Assembly (NCBI GenBank): GCA_973895155.1
Contig: OZ316896.1
Location: forward strand, 18,712,754 to 18,776,753
Reading direction: 5' to 3'
Source: Marsupella aquatica
Lineage: Eukaryota; Plantae; Marchantiophyta
DNA: 64,000 nucleotides
How positions within the stretch are numbered: position 1 is the first letter of the stretch; each line of letters begins with the position of its first letter. Below, piece after piece: positions 50,240 to 64,000 of the stretch. Made by a program: the position numbers and the translations under genes. The notes below the pieces were generated by a model. The model did no database searches. It worked only from the letters and a program-made list of their open reading frames with translations, and was not told where the DNA came from.

Positions 50240-50745
50240 AAATACACAATTCGGGACAGGAATTCAGGACCCAGATCATAGAAAAGATACAAATCTCGAG
50301 GATGGGACCCCCCACAATCATGACCGAATGCATTACTCTCACATTCGAATAATTGAAACATACACTCGTTAAGCAGATATGAATGAGGAACAGTTCCGGA
50401 GCCACAGCACAAATTCACAATTTAGGAAATGAATTCAGCACTCAGATCATAGAAAGGACACGAAGCTTGAGGATGGGGACCCCAACAATCCTGACCGAAT
50501 TCATTACTCTTACATTCGAATACATATATATGCGTCACGCGGAAATGAATGGGGAACAGTTCCCGAGACACACCACATCCACATTTAGGGAAATGAATCC
50601 ACGATCCAGATCATAGAAAAGATGCGAGGTCGAGGATGGGACCCCCAACAATCCTGACCGAATGCATTACTCTTACGTTCAAATGCTATGAAGCACACTC
50701 TCGTCAAGCAGATATGAATGGGGCAAAGTCACGGAGACACATACC
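50240..50745. repeat. 3 x ~165-170-bp degenerate tandem repeat
   Basis: CAGATCATAGAAA...GAGGATGGG.ACCC..ACAATC.TGACCGAAT.CATTACTCT.AC.TTC in three copies (~50270, 50440, 50605). Confidence 0.88.
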
Positions 50746-52577
50746 AAATGACAATGCAGGTTGCGAATGGTGTCCTCTTCTCGTATCATCTTTGTTTAAA
50801 TTAATGGCTAGGGTATCAATGTAATCTCGCATTTCTTTCGACACAAGGTGCTGGACGTAAGGTTTTTTAATCGAAACTTTACTATCCACAGCATGAGATT
50901 TCTAAACCTGAACATTATGTCTTTCAACCAATTTTAGAAAACCTGAAATTAATAATAGTGTTGTTTACTTCAAACTTACATTTGTAGGCTTATCTTTATT
51001 TTCCAGATGAAGTTTGAAAATCATCAAACTGAGTTACAATGGCTATGTAATGAAATTTGAAACATAGACTTTTGCAACATTAATAGTTTGATAACCCCAA
51101 ACCGATTCACACTCAGACGACTGCCTCGCGCAAAGCAGGCACTTCCCACCCCATGCTCTTCAGAGGGATGCACCGTGCACTTCTGTTTTGATGTGGGCTT
51201 GCATTGCAGGATCCCCGGGGTCACTGATCACTTTTGTGTATATGGTAACATCACGGGCCATTATGGGCCACAACACCTCATTTTGAAGGAGTCTTTAGTA
51301 TACACTAAAGTCATGTTCTAGAGGGTATTATGGGATATAATGCCCAGGGGGAGCTCCAGCTCGAGTTTCGAGGGGCTGTAATTGCCCACAATGCTCTGGA
51401 AACGGGACTTTACTGTCTAAAGGACAGGCGTCTTCCAACCCAAATCCTTCTGCGAAGTAGCAGCCGTAATCTGAGAAGCAATGGCTCCTGTGAAAGACTG
51501 CCCATGAATAAATAGCTCCAAAATGCAGATTTATCTGTCTCCACCAGTAACCTCCTTTGTCCAACTAAGCCGACAAGTCTTAACCTCAGCGATTGAGTCC
51601 CAGGGGAGGTGACATCCATGGTACTGTGATGACAATGCAAAGGATTACCGCGACAGCTTTATAGAGCGAAACAAAGAAGAAGTCTGATTCAACAAGTTAA
51701 CGCGGCACAAGATAGAATGAATGGGGGTGCACAAGACGGTAGCAAACGGAAGAAATTGGCAAGACATACCTGGGTTTACAAGACTCTTCTTGTGCAAGTT
51801 GCGATTACTTAACACAGAAGCTTTTGTTCGCTTCTCTCCACGCTTCTCAAGCCATCACTAGACAAAACAAAGGCAATGAAATCAGGGCGAGTCATGTATC
51901 GCGCGAAACTTGCATGAGATATGTATGTTTCAGCATATATACACCCTCCCTTGCGGGGTTCGTGTCATAGTATCTCTGGTGCAACACTAAGTGTACTTCA
52001 GCACTTCGAAAGATCAATAGTTGAAAGGGCCTACATCTTACATTAACGAGAACATTCGGACGTCTCAAGTCGATGAAACTCGGATGACCAACAGATCTAA
52101 TCTCAGGAATTTCACCGCGCACACGACAGAAAATATTCATTCACGAGAAAAATCTTACCTGTTTATACCGCAAAAGGTGCTGTCGACAAGTGCCCTCTGC
52201 TGTTGCCTATTGCAACGTTGCGGCCCTGAGTTGCCGCACTGCAGCGGAGGAATTCGAGAATTTGAACTTCAAACTTGCTGATCAATGTTCAAATAGAGCT
52301 ACCGGCAGCGCCTTTGGATCATCAACATCGATTCAAAATTGCCTTTGTGTAACTCTCTTGCTTGCTGATATAATTTGACTACTAGAAGACTGATGGCGGA
52401 GAATGAACCTCGGTGCCCCCTCATCGTATAGGTGGAGAGGGTACAGATGGTGTTCACAACGAATATATTTCTATATGCGGACTCTATATACTACCCTTGG
52501 ATTCTGGGACGCACCCAAGAATAGATCTCATAAATATTCAAAACGTGAAGCTCAAATTAGCCAGCCAAACACCCGAT

Positions 52578-55500
52578 TCAGTTATCGAGCCGGTTTACAA
52601 ACTGCCCCAAATTGTATTCCTCAGTGTATTGTGACTGATCCCATAAATCTTCCAGTCCATTCAACATAGCCTTCAGGCCCTTGCCTCCAACAACAGCACT
52701 GGCTGCCGCAGTTCCATCTGCATCTTCATCCCCGCTGTATTTGGAAGTCCCAGCCTGAAATGCACAAATCTCTTAGTTCCCTTGTACCACTATTCACATA
52801 TTATGCAAGACACTAGATACTTGCAGGCACCGACGATATGTAGCAATGAAGAATAAGTATGCCTACCTTTCCAGTCTTTCCTGAGACAGTGAAGAGATCA
52901 AGTAACTGAGTAGTATCCATTGCATTCAGGCTGGCGTTCTCCGAATTGATAATAGTATTAGCAACAGATAACTTGAAACGCTGCAAGCTCATAACTTTTT
53001 CTTCTAGTGTTCCACGCATTATGAGACGATGAACATTTACTACTCGCCTTTGCCCAAGCCTGTGGGCCCTATCCATTGCCTGCACGTTCAACCATACAGA
53101 ATAAGCAAATGCATCCTGGTCCACCAGAATTGTGCTATTGTGCTAGGACATTTTCACATTGATTTTTTGGACTTAGTCTAAACGTTCTCTCCCCACGGGA
53201 CTACGCAGTACTCCCGTGGGGTCCTGCGCCAAAGCATACGCGAAGAATAAACCGAACTGATAAAACACTCATTTCGAAACGAGAAGTTCTGGAAGAATTT
53301 GTTTATAAATACTGCAATTAGAAAATGGACATAACCTTCGGTCGATCTCTGACACAAGGCAAAAAATGAGGACATAGACGGCAGACTTGCCTGCAGGTCT
53401 CGCATGGGGTTCCAATCATGCTCCATGAAAATTACAGTGTCTGCCGCAGTTAGGTTAAGCCCAAGTCCTCCAACTGTAATTAACAAACAAATCCAATATA
53501 GTAAGAACAAGAAACATTCTTAGGCTTAACAACTTGAACTGTTGCAATTCAAAGCAAGAGCTCACTGACCATGTGTAGTCAGCAGAAGAACATCAATTGT
53601 GGGGTCTGCATTAAATGCCTTCACGATGCCGAAGCGTTTCTCTGTCTCCACTGAGCCATCTAATCGAAGATACGTAACACTGCAAGCCACCAACATAGAT
53701 AAAAAATATCATTATCGTCTCTTATTGTTTGAAGATGCACTTCCTAACTCTTTAGATAGGATTAGAAAACACAAATTGAAATTTACACCCAACGCACTGT
53801 ATGGTGATAACAAATGCATTCTCCACTACGCTCTTCTTTCAACGTTCTGGTCATTAAAATTTACCTTTTCATGTGGGTCTCAAATAGATCCTTTTCAATG
53901 ATATCCAGAAAACTCTGCACAATGAAAACATTGTTTTTCGTTTAGAGAAGAATTGATACAAGCTCCAAAAACGGGCAAAAGGATTCTCAAACAAATGACA
54001 GCGCACTACCTGATCCACATCGTGGCCCTTCGCCAAACGGCAGCAAAATTGTAACATTACACTTTGACAATGAGATGACGCACCTTAAGTTGGGCAAACA
54101 CAAGGACTCGGTGCTGACCACCCTCTGGAGCTTCGTCACCACCTGCTCCTTGAATACCTATGCCACACTCTTCCAATATCTCCTTCAAGGCTAACAGCTT
54201 AGGAGCATTTTGCAAGTCATGAAGCCCAGGCTTCACATCTTTAGCCCCACTTAAGGCATTTTCTGACGGGATGGCAGCGGTACTTTCTTGCGAGTTTAAG
54301 TTCAGCACCAACAAAGGATGGCTGCACAGTCGCCGTAAGTATTGCAAAGCCTGGACAGGAAGAGAAATAAAACACAAGTGTGAATTGATCCAGGTGATTG
54401 CAGTCCTGATTTCAGAGACAAGCAAATGCTCAATATAATTGATCTCAACCGTCTTACCTGAAAAACATGTGCAGATGCGCCACTCGCAGAGCTAGGAGTC
54501 TCTACAGCCTCTGCGCCACCATAACCTTGGACTAGCATGGAAACTTCCTTATTTGCTTGAGACCGAGAAAAGTCCTCATAAAGCCGCAACTGCAGGGGGC
54601 TCAAATCACAATATCGATCCTGTATGATTTTTGGTGGCAAGTCAGCCAGAACCTCATCCTTCGTGCGTCGTAAGAGAAATGGCATAACCTGCCAAGAATA
54701 TGAGTGACTGTCAGCAGGTCCATAGCAACATTGGCTAAACAGCGGAACTACATTTGTAGCTGGTCCAATCAAGTACTGTACAATTTAATTTACCTGCTTA
54801 TGGAGTGCTTCCATTGCCAATACTCCAGCTTCAGCTTCCTTTGGAGAACATTTCGCATCTCTAGCAGCTGTCAGCGGTCGTCCATAGTTGGATTGGAACT
54901 GGGTTTAAACACAAGGATTATATCAAACCGCAAAGTCGAGGAAACTTTCCTTGCTGATAAGTCACGTCCAGAATAGTAAATAGCATCCATTTGCGAAATA
55001 AAGAAATTATATACACTTCTATAGAGAGAAAATAAATCTACAGGTGAATTAACGTCCATAGCAGCACTGCGAAAACATCACAATGCTCTGCCTCCAATGC
55101 TTGTTTCAGGTTGATGATGAACATCCTAATAACTTACGTTGAATGCTCCATAGTCAAAGAAGACGCAAGTTTTGATAATGCCAAACTAGAGAGATTATGA
55201 GCCTCAACATAAGTCTATGAGGTACCCTCCCCAAAATGCATACCTGTCGTTCGCTTCCAAGAAAACCTGGCATGAGGAAGTCAAAAAGCGACCAAAGCTC
55301 CAATACGTGATTCTGACAAATAGCAGATACCAGGACGAAACCAATCATAAATATCAGAAAGAGAAGTACGTCTACCAATTGCCGACACTGGGCAGATCAT
55401 CTTATGGTCATAATGACTGCAATGCTTGGGGTTCGAAGTCTTTGAACCTCATACCGAGAAAACGATGACGAGAAGTTGTTCATTAGCACTTGGAGATTCA

Positions 55501-58500
55501 GAAAAACACTTTAACAAAGAGAAAGAGAACAAGAATCAGGGAAAAAAATGAATACCTGAATTGGAGTCCCGCTTAGTATCAGACGATGCTCTGCCTGAAT
55601 TCTTTTCGCTGCCAGAGTGATTTTGGACTTGGAATTTTTTATAGCATGACCTTCATCTAGTACACAATAGTTCCAGACGACTGTGGCTAGAAAGTCGATA
55701 TCCTTGCGCAACACGTCATATGATGTAACCACTAAGTTGTGCTTGTGAAATTGAGTTCGTAATGCAACGCGATCCACAGGGGTCCCACTGTATTGCAATG
55801 GATTCAAAATTTCTGGTGAAATAAACTTCTCAATTTCAAATGCCCAGTGTCCCACTAACGTGGAAGGGCAAACGATCAATGACGGTAAGGGAACCGTATC
55901 TGCACTCTTCACTTCAGAGTAGCTTTTAAGGCGTTCTGCTGTATCCGAGGCAACAATCGCCGATGCTTGCAAGGTTTTCCCTAAACCCATATCATCACAA
56001 AGAATGCCATGGAGTTTGAATCGTTTGAGAAATGCCAGCCAGTTGATTCCTTCCTGCTGATATCTGTACATAAAATTCGTGTACATTAGGCAATATGCTG
56101 AGAGGAAGTTTGCACAAACGCCAATAATACCACGACGTATTACTGACACACAGCACACGACTTCCCTGTCATTCATAAGACAAACCTCAATTTGTATGAA
56201 ACCCACAAAGACCAAGACCGAAAGTATCGGTGAGAGTTTCATTCACCCACTTTCTGACAAGTAATGCTTGAAAGCTCAGAAATTCATTAGTGAGGCAACA
56301 TTACCGCCGCAGCGTGGCATTGATAGGTACTGCCAGTTTGTAGTCATCAACTTGCGTATTGTCGAGGAGTTGTTCAAGAAACCTGGTATCTTCTGCACTT
56401 TTCGAGGCATGGCAGTCATTGAGTCCAGGAGGTGATGGCATCCCGCGAGCCAAGGGAAGGAGGGGAACAAGCACAGCAAAGCTGTGGGTGACACTCTGTC
56501 TGACATTGCTGTTTGTGTCACTCATACATCCAAGAAGTGGAACTATTAGGTGAGGTGCGTATGCAACCAGTTCAGGGCCAAGCCCTTCTACCAGAGAAGA
56601 CACTAGCGTGCCAGCACCTTGTCTAGCTTCAATCAAAGACATGTCTCGCAGCATGGGCACAGCTTTTGTTAATACCGCTGCCATGACAGGATCCGTCATT
56701 GATTTCGCCATTGCTGTGATGCATTTTGCAGCAGATTGCCGTACAAGTGCATGGGGATAACTAACACAGCGAATTATAGCTGGCAAAAGAGTTAAAATTT
56801 GGGACTGCAACCTCCTGTCTAGAACAGGAGCAACAGAACGCACCACCTGCAAAACCACATGACATTCGCTTTAGCACTGAGGTCAAAACTTGCTATGTAT
56901 AAAGCAAATTATGTGCACTGAATTGCTAAGTTCTTGAAGCCACTATCTGCTGCCAGTGAAACGATAACCTGGCAAACTTAATCGTGCATGCTTTCAATGT
57001 ACCCTACTACAGAGACCTTGTTTTGTTTCCACCATTGCTCTCGTTCAATACTAACTAACCATATTTAACAGGATGCGTCAGTGGGTCACACTTTGCAGGA
57101 TGACCTGATGATAAAACCCTTCTGGAGTCATTAGTAACTGAAGGACAATCTGATGCTGCTCACATTTGTTGAATTATTGAGATGGCAGAAGGTGCAGTAT
57201 GCTCATCACACAGATTTCAAACCGAAAATATTCAAGAAAGACAACTTACAATTACACTAACAACGTAAAGAGTCCTATTAGAGTTCATATACAGACTAAC
57301 CTGCAGGTTGTTGATCAAAGCTTGCGGTTCAGCTTTCAGATCAGGTAGTAACACTTTGTTCCAGGCATAAAAAGAGCCATTAGCGATAATCATAACTCCT
57401 GGCCCTAATGACTCAGTTAGGCAATCCCAAAGTTTTGGAAGTCGATCGAACAAAGAAGCACCAAATTTATCACAAAGGGCTTTCAAAGCCAGTTCTGCAC
57501 CACGTCTGGTGATTGCACCCTCCATTTTGGACCGCTCTTCACTTACACTTAATGCTTGTGATTTCGGTTTCATTCCACTGCTGCTTTTCCCTGTTGTTCC
57601 CATCCCCTCATTCTCTTCGTTCAAAATTGCAGCATTGCCAGGAGTGGCTTGAGGCGTCTCCACTGGGTCAGCACACGTGAGAGTCACAAGATTTTTTACC
57701 AACCTCTCGTTTGGGCTGGGCTTCCGTCCAACACATTGTCCTATGACTTCCCCCAAGGCTTCTGCAGCTGGTTGTTGCAATTCCTCCTCCTGTAAACCTT
57801 TCAGTCAGCCTTCAACGTATATCCAGGATAGCAATCAGAGAGAGCAATCATGCGTAGCTTCGATACCAAAAATAAACCAGCAATTACAACACCAAAACTT
57901 TCACCTGCTCACGCTTAACCGCTGCCATGACTGGGTGGATGATTGGATTAAGTTTTGTGGGGAGCTCTCCCATCCAGACAACAGCTCCAGCAAGTGAAGC
58001 CAAAACACTGACGTGAAGATTGCTCTGCAAGTGCCACATAAGCATCTTTAGACACAGGCCAAGTAATTGTTTGGGAAGACCTCCTGAGAACTTCTTCATG
58101 AAGAAATTCACAAAAAGCTGTTCAATCATAACAAACTCAGGAAAGGGGCACCCTGAAAGCCGCTGGAGTGCCCGAACATTCCCAGTCATAAACTGACAAG
58201 AGTATGTTAGGACTTCTGACTCCATTGCCTGAGTATAATTGTTAGTAACTACAATTAAGATTTACAGGAACGTCAAAAGTGTATCTAGCCATTCTGGATA
58301 TCTCTGACACGGTGTCCTAGAAAGACTAAAAGTGGGCTACTTCTCTTACTTCTCTATTTCGCAACCAAACCCTTTTGTCAGTTCCAAACATGATAAAATA
58401 GAATTGCCTAGAACAAAATACTGAAAGCTGTAATGACCTGCACACATATCAAATAGCCCGCAGTTGCCAGGAGGCGCTGGCGGGAGGATTCAAAAATATC

Positions 58501-61500
58501 TGATAAGGACACCAGTTTGCTGTCCCCAGAGATATCGACTTTAGATCCATCTCCAATAGATGCTTCTTTTGCCAATTCTATTGCCGCTTCTGCACTCATG
58601 ACTTCAAGGGACGATGGCTCCTTCGCAACAACCAAAGAGGCGCCGGATGCTTCGGCATGTTTGATCAAAGCACCAGCTTCTCCTCGCATTTTTGAGTATA
58701 TTCGAAGTAGTTCAGTATACGGCAGAGAAGAGCCTGGAGTAGGTGCTCCTGGGTCACAGTCTGATAGCAACTGCAGCAGGCGAGCCCTTAACGGTTGGAC
58801 AGCTGCCACTACTTGCCCCAAGTTGGCTTTTGTCGGCTTACTCTTGAGCTCTTTGAACCATGAGACCAGCACCATCGATGCCACCTGATGCAGAAATATT
58901 TACGAAAACTCTTAGAAATTTATCCTAGACTACGTTAACCAATTTAAGGCGGCTCTTTTTTAGGATTCGACTTATTAACGGAAATCATCTCGAATTTGCA
59001 GAAATGAAGAAGCTGGCAATCACAGAAGAAAGGAAGTTTCAAGCTCTTGTTCACTGACCTGGCGCTGGACACCAGACGCAGTACTGAGGAGCTCCAGCAA
59101 GGCATTACCCACAGCTCCAAGCATCGTCTCTGGCAAGCTGGCTGCCATAATGCCCAATGCTGTGGAGGTAGCCACTCTCATTTGTACCGCCGACTTTTCC
59201 CCTTCAGCTCCCACTACTACTTTGGATGATTGCGTACTGAAATTGTCCACAATCTTATTCTTCAGAGAAGAAGCATCTTTTTGATTTTTTAAACTTGATT
59301 CACCCGCATTCAAGTTTCCCACCTTTACAGCTCTCAACTTCTCTGCGGCCTTCATTCGACTCCTTCGTGGTAATGAGTTGGGAGAAAACATTTTGGACAT
59401 TTCCAGCGAAGTGCCGGAAGCAGTGCTAGCAAGCTTCAACCAGGAAGTGAAGTAGGAGCCTGCTGCAGATGCCAAATCTTCTTGTGGACACTGTTATCAC
59501 AGAGAAAACATTTCATCAACCTCCACGCCAGTCTGCAATCTCTTCAATCTCCTTACCCAATAAAAAGAAGGAAATGTATATAAAAAGGATTAAAGATAGA
59601 CGGGAAGACCTGTATGAGGAGACGCCACACTCGTTTTGAACACTGAAGGATAGCCTCATCAGATTCCAGTAAGAGATTCTGAAATACGAGTCGTAATGAA
59701 TCACCAAGTATAGGAGCAGCCCAGAAACTCCCCTTCTGACAATCTTCAAGATTACCTTGATTCCCAGCTTCAAGAAGTCGTTCCTGTTGATAACACTGAG
59801 GGTAAGTAGACTACCACTCTCATGAAGACAACAATGCAAGCCAAATTGACGTCGGCATCCGCCCATCAAACTTTACATGAAAGAAAATAGCAAAAGTCCA
59901 AGGACATACCAAGGTCCGAATTGCTGCATGCCGAACAGAGGTAATGTTGTGCCTCATGAATGGCCACAACCTTGGAGCCAGAGTTGCAAGTAGGAACGGA
60001 TCATCGTAGCATGCATCCCTTGCGTCTAAGCCTGCATCGTCAGCTGACTCATTGAGGTCCAAAAGCGGTGGCTTCTCCATCACAGTTTTCGACACCACTC
60101 CAGGCTGTGAATACAGTTCAGCTAACAAATGCATGACGCTGCAAAGTCACACAGACAAAAGCCAGATTGTCAACAAACATGGAAAGGGTTTACAAATCCT
60201 GTTGACAATGTGCCCATTTCTGTCCCGTCTAGTAACCAGCAGATACCTGAGACAAAAGAAACAGACCTGCTCGTGGAGGGGCTAAGGTCATCCAAATCCA
60301 GTAGTATGTCCCAGAGGGACAAAAGAATTAATGTCACCGCCTCCCCAGCTGATGAGACAATGGCTGCTGCTGCAGGTGTCAAGGCTTCTGCTGCAACTGC
60401 TCTCACGTCATCATCTGCATCGTCAAGCCCAACCATACAGGCTGGTAACACACGAGGAAGCAATTCCGGCAACATGTCCTGCGTTATAACAGATCTTCTT
60501 TTAGCCAATAGAATTTCTGATTAAGGTGAGCATTAGCGCGTGAGGACAGAGAGAGAAAGGAAAATCAATTATAGCAGAAACTTTAAGCCACAGTGATACA
60601 CAGCTATGGCTCTGTACTGTACTTTAGAAAAAAAAATTACTTTCAGAAAGGCAAAGTGGAAAGAGTGTAGACGTACCTGCCGGACAGCAACCAGATATTT
60701 AATGCCCAGTAAACTACCATGTCTCACCTCCCACTCTGCCCGACCCTGCACTTGTTATACAAATGTGAGCAAAACCCTACAAAAGGTTCGTATCTATTCA
60801 CTTCTCCCCCTCACACACACACAAATACACATACAATATATAAATAAGAAACAAAATAATACGAAATGGCCTAGATTACTGGTGCTAACAAGGAGTTACT
60901 AATAGCGATGAATTCATCATCTTACTTGCATTTGTAACAATATGCTGAGGGTCTCAAAGACGAGTTGTTTTGGCATGTGCCTTAGGGATGCCCCCAAAAC
61001 TTGAGCACATGTTTCCCTAACTGGGGCCACCACTTGATCTGACACATAATCTCCAAAACTGGAAGGAAGTACAAAGCCAAATTCAGATTCAATGTCATCA
61101 GTGCAATCAAATACCTCCCGTCAAGAGAAGTCTCTTTCCTACGGTATTGATACACGCTATGATCAGCCAAAACGTGATCAAATAGGACCTCACACCATAA
61201 AGTCAGTCAAGGAGTAGGTAACCTTGTAAATGCAATTAGTCGGTTTAAGAGCTTCGGTATCAAAATGCTGCAAAAAAGTCGAAACAACAGTTGAGTTGCC
61301 CCAGAACAACTTTGGCGAGTGAAGGAGACGTACCGATCTAATGCAAAAACACAGAGGAACCGAATTGTGCAATCCTGAAGAAACTCAAGATTTGCAGCCC
61401 AAGAATCCCTTGCAGCCAAAACTAGCTTAGCTGGATTAGTGTCCTTCGGTATAGAGAGAAGGATATCGTCCAACTTTGGCAATTTGGGCACTACTTGCGG

Positions 61501-64000
61501 CCTTATTACTTCGCCTTCAAGTTTCTGTAACGACGGGGCTTCTTTAATTTGGATTTTCTCCACATATGGGTCCTCCACTTCTTCATTCAAATCAAGCTCA
61601 TTCAAGTCCAGTGCTGGCTTCAGCTCCGTGCCAGTTGCAGTTCCTCTAGTAAGCCAATCTGGTTTTGTTGGGAGAGCCACTTTCTTATCCATCCAGCTTC
61701 CATCATGGACAGAATGCTGCAGTCCTAGAATTTTAACTTCATCCTTCACCCCTTTCACATCAAACTTCTCTTCTTCTACTCCAGCATTCAGATCAAGATC
61801 AAAACCTCTACCCTGGCAAGAACTCGAGAGGTTCAGATCACCACCAGATTCACACTTTGAAATCTCCTGGGCATCGAGAACCGGAACGGTAACAGCTGCT
61901 GATGCTGCTTGTGTGCTTAGTATTTCTCTCAATGCCATAATGCTTCCATGGCGAATCTCCCAAACTGCCCAATAGATATGAACAGACACTGTAAGCTTGC
62001 AAAACAGAAATATTTGAACCTCCAAAAGTAACATAAGCCTGCTAGCACGGCACTTACCCGAGTCAAACATGTCAAGAATTAGCACTTCCACAAAATACCC
62101 GAATGGCCAGTGCCCATCTCCATCTGCTTCATTGCTGTCTTCATCTACTGCAGCTTCCATAACAAGCTGCATGGGCCAGAAAAGGTCAAATACAAAAATC
62201 AGCGACTGCGTAACTTTAGGACTGACCTACCTAGGGAAGCCACCTTCTCACCTCATACAGGCAAAAGTTCGCAAGCTTTGTTCAGTTTATTTTTCACTGG
62301 AGGATGCCCCAATATTATCAGAACTACCCAGAAAACCAGTGCCTTCCAATTTAGAGGTCACACCATTCAACTGCTTGCATTTACGAAGATATAATATGGA
62401 AGTTAACTAGTGCTCCAACAGTGAAAATGCTCAATGACCTACTTTTACCTTGTCACAAGCGTGTGGCTGCTCAGTGATGACAGCCTTCGTATTCTTGACC
62501 CTTTTCAGCGATGGCTCTTCAACATCTTCTTCCTCTTGCCAATCCTTTGTTCCTTCCTTCACAACGCCTTTCGCTTTCCTTTTGAGTAGGTTTTTCTCCC
62601 TGGCACTAAGAGTTCTCGACAGTGACCCAGGTACCATGTTGGCCACTAAGTCTTGAACTTCTTGCTTAGCTCCAGCTGGAGAATGAAAACCCTGGCGACG
62701 ACCATCCCCATTTGTATACGGTCCTTTTTGTACGACTATATCTTCATCGTGGATGATATCATTCACGTCCATAAATTGCTCACAGCCATCCAAACCTGCA
62801 CAACAGCAAGCACACTACATTGTGAAACAATGCGAGCTAACGTTTATCCCTGCCCTTTGAGGAAACAAGAGCCAAAATGACTGAATTGAAAGATTTTAAA
62901 ACACCCGAGGCCTGTCAGCTAAAGTTTAGTAACATCGGTGGCATGCAGTAAGAGAACCCACGAAGCAGGAGAGCACTGACCCAATCGGCGGCGAAGATTC
63001 TTTTTTTGCCGATCAAGACGTTCCGCTGCAGTCTTAGTAGTGTCCACACTTACATCATACTCCTAATGATAAACATTCCAAATAATCAATACCGTATACT
63101 GCTCTATCATTCCCGAAAGTCTTTCTCCAAAGAATGTTCTGTTTTGTTTCTAAAAGAATGCCATGAAGGTTTCTTCACATCCTACTGAACCAGCTCTTTT
63201 CAGATTCTATTTCAATAAGATTCTTTCTTATCTACAATTCTCGGGTTCACAATGCATAGATTGGACAAAATTGATTCCCGCCATACTGAACTGGGTCATT
63301 TAACTCAGTCTATCGCATTCTACGTCTGAGCTCCAATTTGTGACATACTTCATTGTGAATCTACTAGATCTCTCAGAAGAACATCTCATTTCGCAGAAGC
63401 ATTCAGTGAAGACATCATGACATCCTGTGGCGATGTGAAAAGCTTCCGAAGTGCAAGTGCACAATTCACTCTACGTCGACGTACATAATTAAGCCTTACA
63501 AAGTGAATGCCAGTAAACGTAAACAAGCGCCAATCTATGACGTACCTGGCCAGCTGAAGCGACAAGGGAGGCTCCAAACTCCAGAACTCTTTGTATGTCA
63601 AAACTGTATACACCGGTCCCAAGTTCATCATCAGCGCGTGACATGAAAAAAATTGGAATTAGGAAAGTAAATCGATCTACCTAAGAAGAGTCTTAAATAG
63701 AAATTTAAAAGATTACTAGAAGCAGCATTTACTCTCCCATTTTCCGTGTGAGGTAAGCACATGAATTCTCACTAATCAAGCCGGGCAACATACCTGCTGA
63801 AGGTCAGGGAAGTTGCAGATTGAGAAGCCCCTGTAGAACCCAGTTCTAGTAGGTTCGACAGATTTAAGACAATTCCAGCTTTTGCAAGCTCTGCCTCCGC
63901 CTTGGAAAAGAGTTCCTTCACAGTTACATGCTTCACGTTTTCTGCAATAGCACCAATAGCCTGTGCTGCTGCAACTCGTGTATCCCAGTTTTTGCTTCTC
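52578..64000 (-). CDS. BTAF1: TATA-binding protein-associated Snf2 ATPase BTAF1/MOT1, multi-exon; 5' end lies beyond the window
   Basis: HEAT-repeat N-terminus ([44 protein letters not shown]); Snf2 motifs ([63 protein letters not shown]); C-terminal [11 protein letters not shown]; stop TGA at 52580-52578. Confidence 0.97.

Noticed and set aside
51088-51640. Possible second cistron downstream of BTAF1
   Set aside because: Short ORFs with no recognisable domain; the spliced reconstruction gives no long frame.

Overview
Land-plant nuclear DNA. The small GT-AG introns, long UTRs and protein style suggest a bryophyte, possibly a liverwort (inference). Five host genes are present: WDR26/GID7-type LisH-CTLH-WD40 (-), photosystem I PsaG (+), an intronless RAD4/XPC (+), a malectin-LRR-TM receptor-like protein of the RLP4 type (-), and the 5'-truncated BTAF1/MOT1 Snf2 ATPase (-). 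Mobile DNA comprises a decayed Ty1/copia element with a nested MITE and a nested solo-LTR, a related full-length copia element (332-bp LTRs, CCCGG TSD), a MULE transposase relic and several MITEs, one a long foldback element. Tandem arrays sit at many gene boundaries. The most intriguing signal is a stop codon at the homologous gag/pol junction of both diverged copia copies, suggesting programmed readthrough or splicing. Other notable features are an in-frame ATG...TGA upstream of RAD4, candidate 3'-UTR introns in BTAF1, and a TTAGGG-containing ~100-bp satellite abutting the WDR26 promoter. All coordinates were read by eye; no database searches were run.
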